NCBI GenBank assembly: GCA_035288465.1
Contig: DATEAH010000007.1
Coordinates: 66,090-130,089, forward strand
DNA: 64,000 bases
Source of the DNA: Patescibacteria group bacterium
GTDB lineage: Bacteria; Patescibacteriota; UBA1384; DATEAH01
Direction: 5' to 3'
This document shows, piece after piece, positions 59,475 through 64,000 of the stretch. Positions within the stretch are counted from its first letter, which is position 1. Every line of letters starts with the position of its first letter. The notes below the pieces were generated by a model. That model ran no database searches and was not told the origin of the DNA. It was given only the letters and a program-made list of their open reading frames with translations. The position numbers and the translations under genes were made by a program.

Positions 59475-59529
59475 AATAAAAAAACGCCTAAACGTTATAA
59501 ATTTTGAAAAACGCTGAGGCGTAAAAATT
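59475..59529. repeat. Terminator-like hairpin, direct-repeat copy A
   Basis: aataaaaaaacgcct.a.cgt..aacgctgaggcgtaaaa; near-identical to 60380-60431. Confidence 0.8.
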
Positions 59530-59541
59530 GTGGAAATAAAT

Positions 59542-60279
59542 TTAACTATAATCTTTGGTATATAAAAGTGGTTGTGGCTTGCACATCGGACATTCGGATT
59601 TATGAAATGTGATGTTAGGAAGCGAAAGAAGAGCCCGGAAACAAAAATCTTTATTAATTTTTTGCGGGGATAACCCACTATCAGCAGTTTGGTTTTCGAC
59701 ATATTCTGGCGTGGTAACAAATGTGGCAATTCCGACTAAATTCTCGTGACGGAGACCATTATTAAGTATTCCCTTGATGGTACCATGTGCATAGGCAGAG
59801 TCTAAAATAACATTAGTGGCTACCAATGCTTTTTCATTGCCCGAAATAAGGTCTCCAGCTCTCATTTCCTTAAAAAATCCGTTATTGTCTATATCGGTTA
59901 ACACTAAACGTGCGCCAAGTTCCATTGCCAGAGAAGTCCCAAAGAAGACATCAAACGCATAATTAGCAGCTACTACTACATTGACTTTTTGATTAGCAAA
60001 AGCATCAGCTAAAACCTTGACAATTCTATTACCTGGTTTGGGATCCAAAAGTACGCGACTCATTTGAGGCCAAACCAATGAATGGGCAAAAGTGTGGAGA
60101 ACTTCCCAGTGCCCGGCCAACAGAACTCGATATCTAGCAAGGATATCAATGAGCGAATCGGGAGTTAATTCCGGAGAGGAAAAATGAAAATTCGCCTCAC
60201 CCAAAAGCTGTTCGATTTCTTCTTTTGTCAGTGGTCGAGGTTCAATGACTTTGCCGTCCGTGCTTGCCATCAGTTGCAT
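59542..60279 (-). CDS. PyrE/phosphoribosyltransferase-fold protein, degenerate (paralog 1)
   Basis: GHWE..HS..LLDP, NEKALVATNVI in place of the PRPP loop, C-terminal CPMCK; start moved to ATG 60279 after AGGAGG. Confidence 0.65.
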   Translation of the reverse strand: MQLMASTDGKVIEPRPLTKEEIEQLLGEANFHFSSPELTPDSLIDILARYRVLLAGHWEVLHTFAHSLVWPQMSRVLLDPKPGNRIVKVLADAFANQKVNVVVAANYAFDVFFGTSLAMELGARLVLTDIDNNGFFKEMRAGDLISGNEKALVATNVILDSAYAHGTIKGILNNGLRHENLVGIATFVTTPEYVENQTADSGLSPQKINKDFCFRALLSLPNITFHKSECPMCKPQPLLYTKDYS

Positions 60280-60282
60280 CTG

Positions 60283-60372
60283 GTCATTCCTCCTCGTTGG
60301 TGGACTTAAAATTATTATATCAAAAAATTTATTTTTGTCAATCAAATTTGAACTTAAAGGAGTTTTTTGCTA
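60283..60372. repeat. SD plus promoter region, direct-repeat copy (matches 61212-61299)
   Basis: tcattcctcct..tggtggactt.aaat.attata..tttttgtcaatca.atttgaactta.agga.tttttgcta. Confidence 0.8.
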
Positions 60373-60379
60373 TTTCGGC

Positions 60380-60431
60380 AATAAAAAAACGCCTGAGCGT
60401 GATAAGTTTGTTAAAACGCTGAGGCGTAAAA
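60380..60431. repeat. Terminator-like hairpin, direct-repeat copy B
   Basis: aataaaaaaacgcctgagcgt..aacgctgaggcgtaaaa. Confidence 0.8.
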
Positions 60432-60452
60432 TAATATTAAGCAAGATGAAAA

Positions 60453-61208
60453 TTAATGATAGTCTGATGCATTCAATAATGATTTGGGGCGGCGGCGTAT
60501 CAATTTGTCGAAAAATGATCGAGATTGGCATCGTTGGCAATATCTAACTGGACGAACATGGCTATTTTTAATAATCACCAGAGAGTAAGGGAATAAATCA
60601 TCAAGGGTTGCAGCTTCAATCGCTTCGATTGTCTCACGGGTTGTTATAAATAATGCAATACCCTTAATATTTTTTCTGTTGGCGCCGTTTTCGACAATTC
60701 CTTGAATGATACTTATCATTGTCGTAGGGTCAAAAAGGACATTTTGGAAAATTAGAATTTTTTCATTTTCTTCAAAAGTATTAGGCCCTCTCATGGCTTT
60801 AAATAATCCATTTTCTTGATTCATTTCCACAATCACCAGCCGGGAATTGGAATTGGTAAAATTCATTACTAGCGGTACTCCAAATAAGACACTGGTGTTA
60901 TTTGGAACTACAATCGTATTAATGTCAAGAGGTTCCAGGGCTTTTGAATAATTTCGAGCCGTAATATTAGTTGGTTCGGGATCGCAAAGCATATTTGCCA
61001 TGGCAAACCAAACATCGGAATGTATCCTGCCTCCGGGAATCTCCCAGTGTCCGCCTAACGCAACTTGATATTCTGAAAAAACATTGTCCAAATAGTACGG
61101 CATTTCGAAATTTTTAGAAAAAGGATTAGGAAAGTTATTGTCAACCAATAACTTAATTTCGGGGACGCTTAATGTCTTAGGTTCGGGACGCACCGTGGTA
61201 TTGCCCAT
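60453..61208 (-). CDS. PyrE/phosphoribosyltransferase-fold protein, degenerate (paralog 2)
   Basis: GHWEIPGGRIHSDVW, NEKILIFQNVL, CQRC; aligns with paralog 1. Confidence 0.65.
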   Translation of the reverse strand: MGNTTVRPEPKTLSVPEIKLLVDNNFPNPFSKNFEMPYYLDNVFSEYQVALGGHWEIPGGRIHSDVWFAMANMLCDPEPTNITARNYSKALEPLDINTIVVPNNTSVLFGVPLVMNFTNSNSRLVIVEMNQENGLFKAMRGPNTFEENEKILIFQNVLFDPTTMISIIQGIVENGANRKNIKGIALFITTRETIEAIEAATLDDLFPYSLVIIKNSHVRPVRYCQRCQSRSFFDKLIRRRPKSLLNASDYH

Positions 61209-61211
61209 TCA

Positions 61212-61299
61212 TCATTCCTCCTTGTGGTGGACTTGAAATCATTATAACTTATAATTATTTTTTGTCAATCAGATTTGAACTTAGAGGAAATTTTTGCTA
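61212..61299. repeat. SD plus promoter region, direct-repeat copy (matches 60283-60372)
   Basis: Contains minus-strand TTGACA..TATAAT and AGGAGG. Confidence 0.8.
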
Positions 61300-61331
61300 A
61301 ACTTTAAAATAGAAGTAAATAAAGGAGTTTG

Positions 61332-61640
61332 ATGGTAAGAATTTCAAAAAAGGAAATTGAACATATTGCCGAATTAGCACGGTTGGGGATCACAGAGAAA
61401 GAAAAATCTGAATTTTCAGAACAATTGTCTGAAGTTTTGTCGTATGTAGAATTGTTAAATCAAATTGACACTAAGGATGTTGAACCAACTGCGCAGGTGA
61501 CAGGGTTGAAAAATGTTTTTCGAGACGACAATCCAGAAGCTCAAACACAACATCGGGCGAGCAAAAAAGAATTATTACAAAATGCACCACAAATTAAAGA
61601 CGATTATTTTAAGGTGCCAATAGTTTTAGATCAGCAATAA
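61332..61640 (+). CDS. gatC: Asp/Glu-tRNA amidotransferase subunit C
   Basis: IEHIAELARL, LKNVFRDD, NAP..YFKVP. Confidence 0.95.
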   Translation: MVRISKKEIEHIAELARLGITEKEKSEFSEQLSEVLSYVELLNQIDTKDVEPTAQVTGLKNVFRDDNPEAQTQHRASKKELLQNAPQIKDDYFKVPIVLDQQ

Positions 61641-61703
61641 ATTTCAGCTAATATTCAGGATTAAAAAATAAAATAGTTTTGGATTTACTTTTTTTGAGGA
61701 AAA

Positions 61704-63143
61704 ATGGATTTAAATAAATTAACAGTTGTTGAAGCTGCCGAAAAATTAAAGAAAAAAGAAATCACTTCTTTGGAATTAACTCATGATTGTTTTTCAGAAA
61801 TCAAAAAACAAAATCCAAAAATTAACGCCTTTATTACTTTGAATGAGCAGACTGCAATTAAGCTTGCTGAAAAATCAGACGTCAGGCGAGCTAAAAATAA
61901 AACCTTAAGCCAAATTGACGGGATTCCAATTGCGATTAAAGATAATTTTTCAACCAAGGGTTTAAAAACGACCGCCGGTTCAAAGATTTTAGAAAATTAT
62001 ATACCAGCTTTTGAATCAATGGTGACTCAAAAATTGCTAAATGCCGGGGCGGTAATTTTGGGCAAAACTAATTTGGATGAATTTGGAATGGGTTCTTCGA
62101 CGGAAAATTCAGCCTTTGGAGTAACCAAAAATCCCCATAACCCAGAAAGAGTTGCAGGTGGTTCTTCGGGCGGATCAGCAGCGGCTGTAGCTGCAAATAT
62201 GTCGATCGCGGCCATTGGTACCGATACTGGTGGATCAATTAGGCAGCCAGCTTCGTTTTGTGGGGTATTTGGGATTAAACCGACTTATGGTCGAGTTTCT
62301 CGATATGGCATTTTAGCTTATGCTTCAAGTTTGGATCAAGCTGGTCCAATTACCAAAACCCCTCAAGATGCTAAAATTATTTTAGAGATTATTGCCGGTC
62401 TCGATCCGCATGATTCGACAACCATAAAAACCAATACGAATTCGTCAGCTGACGGACAATCTCAAATCTCAAGTCTCAAATCTCATGACTTAACAATTGG
62501 TGTTCCGGATGAATTTTTCAGTGAAGGTTTGGACGTCAAAGTCAAAGAAATAATTGAAAAGGCAATTAATCATTTATTAAAACAGGGTGCGAAAATTTCG
62601 AAAATTAGTTTGCCAACATTAAAATACGCACTACCTTCATATTATATTATTGCTTTAGCTGAGGCTTCTTCGGATTTGGCCAGATATGATGGCATAAAAT
62701 ATGGAAGCTCAAAATCCTCTGCCAAAGATTTGATTAGCGGATATTTAGAAACGAGACAGGAGGGATTTGGTACAGAAGTAAAAAGGCGAATAATGCTAGG
62801 TACTTATACTTTATCGGCGGGTTATTATGATGCATATTATAAAAAGGCTCAGCAGGTAAGAACCTTAATTTCAAAAGATTTTGCAAAAGTATTTCAAAAA
62901 GTTGATTTAATAGTTGGGCCAGTTTCCCCTACCCCAGCCTTTAAAATTGGTGAAAAAATTTCAGATCCTTTGAAAATGTATTTATCGGATATTTATACGA
63001 TTTCGGCAAATTTAGCCGGCTTGCCAGCCGCTTCAATCCCAGCCGGTTTTATTGGTAAATTACCGGTCGGTTTGCAAGTGATTGCGCCACGACTTGAAGA
63101 AGAGAGGATTTTCCAAATAGCTAAGGAGCAAAATGGAATTTAA
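61704..63143 (+). CDS. gatA: Asp/Glu-tRNA amidotransferase subunit A
   Basis: [40 protein letters not shown]. Confidence 0.98.
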   Translation: MDLNKLTVVEAAEKLKKKEITSLELTHDCFSEIKKQNPKINAFITLNEQTAIKLAEKSDVRRAKNKTLSQIDGIPIAIKDNFSTKGLKTTAGSKILENYIPAFESMVTQKLLNAGAVILGKTNLDEFGMGSSTENSAFGVTKNPHNPERVAGGSSGGSAAAVAANMSIAAIGTDTGGSIRQPASFCGVFGIKPTYGRVSRYGILAYASSLDQAGPITKTPQDAKIILEIIAGLDPHDSTTIKTNTNSSADGQSQISSLKSHDLTIGVPDEFFSEGLDVKVKEIIEKAINHLLKQGAKISKISLPTLKYALPSYYIIALAEASSDLARYDGIKYGSSKSSAKDLISGYLETRQEGFGTEVKRRIMLGTYTLSAGYYDAYYKKAQQVRTLISKDFAKVFQKVDLIVGPVSPTPAFKIGEKISDPLKMYLSDIYTISANLAGLPAASIPAGFIGKLPVGLQVIAPRLEEERIFQIAKEQNGI

Positions 63144-64000
63144 ACCGACAATTGGTTTAGAAATTCATGTTGAACTAAAAACTCGATCTAAGATGTTTTG
63201 TGATTGTAAAAATGAACCAGAAATTATCGAGCCGAATATTAATATTTGTCCGGTTTGTTTGGGTATGCCAGGTACCTTGCCCACGGCAAATAAAACCGCC
63301 ATTGATTGGACTTTAAAAACTGGTTTAGCTTTAAATTGCGAAATTCAAAAAAACAGCAAATTTGATCGTAAGAATTATTTTTATCCAGATTTACCAAAAG
63401 GATACCAGATTTCTCAATATGATATGCCTTTTTGTAAAAATGGATATTTAAAAATTTCAGGACGCAAAATTAGAACCAGGCGGGTCCACTTGGAAGAAGA
63501 TACCGCGAAGTTATTTCATATTGATACAGGTCCACTCGGTGTAAGTTCGCTTGGAAGTACGCCATTGGGAGTTGGAGAAGTTTATTCCTTAATTGACTAT
63601 AATCGCGCGGGCGTGCCTTTAATGGAAATTGTGACTGAACCCGATCTTCTATCGGCCAAAGAAGCTCGCGAGTTTGCACAAAAACTGCGTTTAGTTTTAA
63701 GATATCTTTCAGTTTCAAATGCGAATATGGAAAAAGGCCAAATGCGAGTAGAAGCTAATATTTCCCTTTCAAATCAAAATAAATTGGGTACCAAAGTTGA
63801 AATTAAGAATTTGAATTCATTTAAATCTGTCGAAAAAGCGGTCAATTTTGAAATTCAAAGGCAGACAGAATTATTAGAAAGTGGTGAAAAAATTATTCAC
63901 GAAACGCGCGGTTGGCATGATCAAAAACAAATAACATTTTCTCAGCGAAGCAAAGAAACCGCGCCAGATTATCGATATTTTCCCGAACCGGATTTGCCAA
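63133..64000 (+). CDS. gatB: Asp/Glu-tRNA amidotransferase subunit B (runs off window; not in ORF track)
   Basis: Manual translation [64 protein letters not shown]. Confidence 0.97.
   Translation, partial: MEFKPTIGLEIHVELKTRSKMFCDCKNEPEIIEPNINICPVCLGMPGTLPTANKTAIDWTLKTGLALNCEIQKNSKFDRKNYFYPDLPKGYQISQYDMPFCKNGYLKISGRKIRTRRVHLEEDTAKLFHIDTGPLGVSSLGSTPLGVGEVYSLIDYNRAGVPLMEIVTEPDLLSAKEAREFAQKLRLVLRYLSVSNANMEKGQMRVEANISLSNQNKLGTKVEIKNLNSFKSVEKAVNFEIQRQTELLESGEKIIHETRGWHDQKQITFSQRSKETAPDYRYFPEPDLP

Overview
AT-rich chromosomal segment of a reduced-genome bacterium. Its gene content and order fit Patescibacteria/CPR (inference): compact AlaRS, class I LysRS, short S1, FtsA-like plus baseplate-J-like pair, AmmeMemoRadiSam genes, dksA-lspA, and no recognisable amino-acid, nucleotide or cofactor biosynthesis operons. 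The backbone is housekeeping: rpsP (partial), fmt, def, priA, lepB, secG, xth, tsaC, alaS, ruvX, mltG, mreBCD-mrdA, greA, lysS, serS, hpf, secA, ftsEX, an M23 peptidase, ctpA, rplI, lemA, htpX, ligA, gatCAB and 8 tRNAs. Small self-contained accessory cassettes are interspersed. The strongest candidate for an undescribed system lies between the M23 gene and ctpA (48697-50014). It has a consensus sigma70 promoter, a ~380-nt highly base-paired leader, an unannotated 40-aa amphipathic ORF whose perfect Shine-Dalgarno is locked in a hairpin, and a short stand-alone retron/DRT-like reverse transcriptase with a non-canonical WIDD active site. Other notable items: a dispersed family of heptamer-periodic palindromes in 5' regions; short GC-rich palindromes inserted in frame into alaS, ligA, gatA and possibly gatB; a synonymous-only duplicate of the amrS 3' end bracketing an inserted gene; a tandem pair of degenerate PRTase-like cassettes with conserved non-coding flanks; and a HAD gene with one in-frame stop. 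All calls are by eye from the sequence and ORF track; no searches or folding programs were run.
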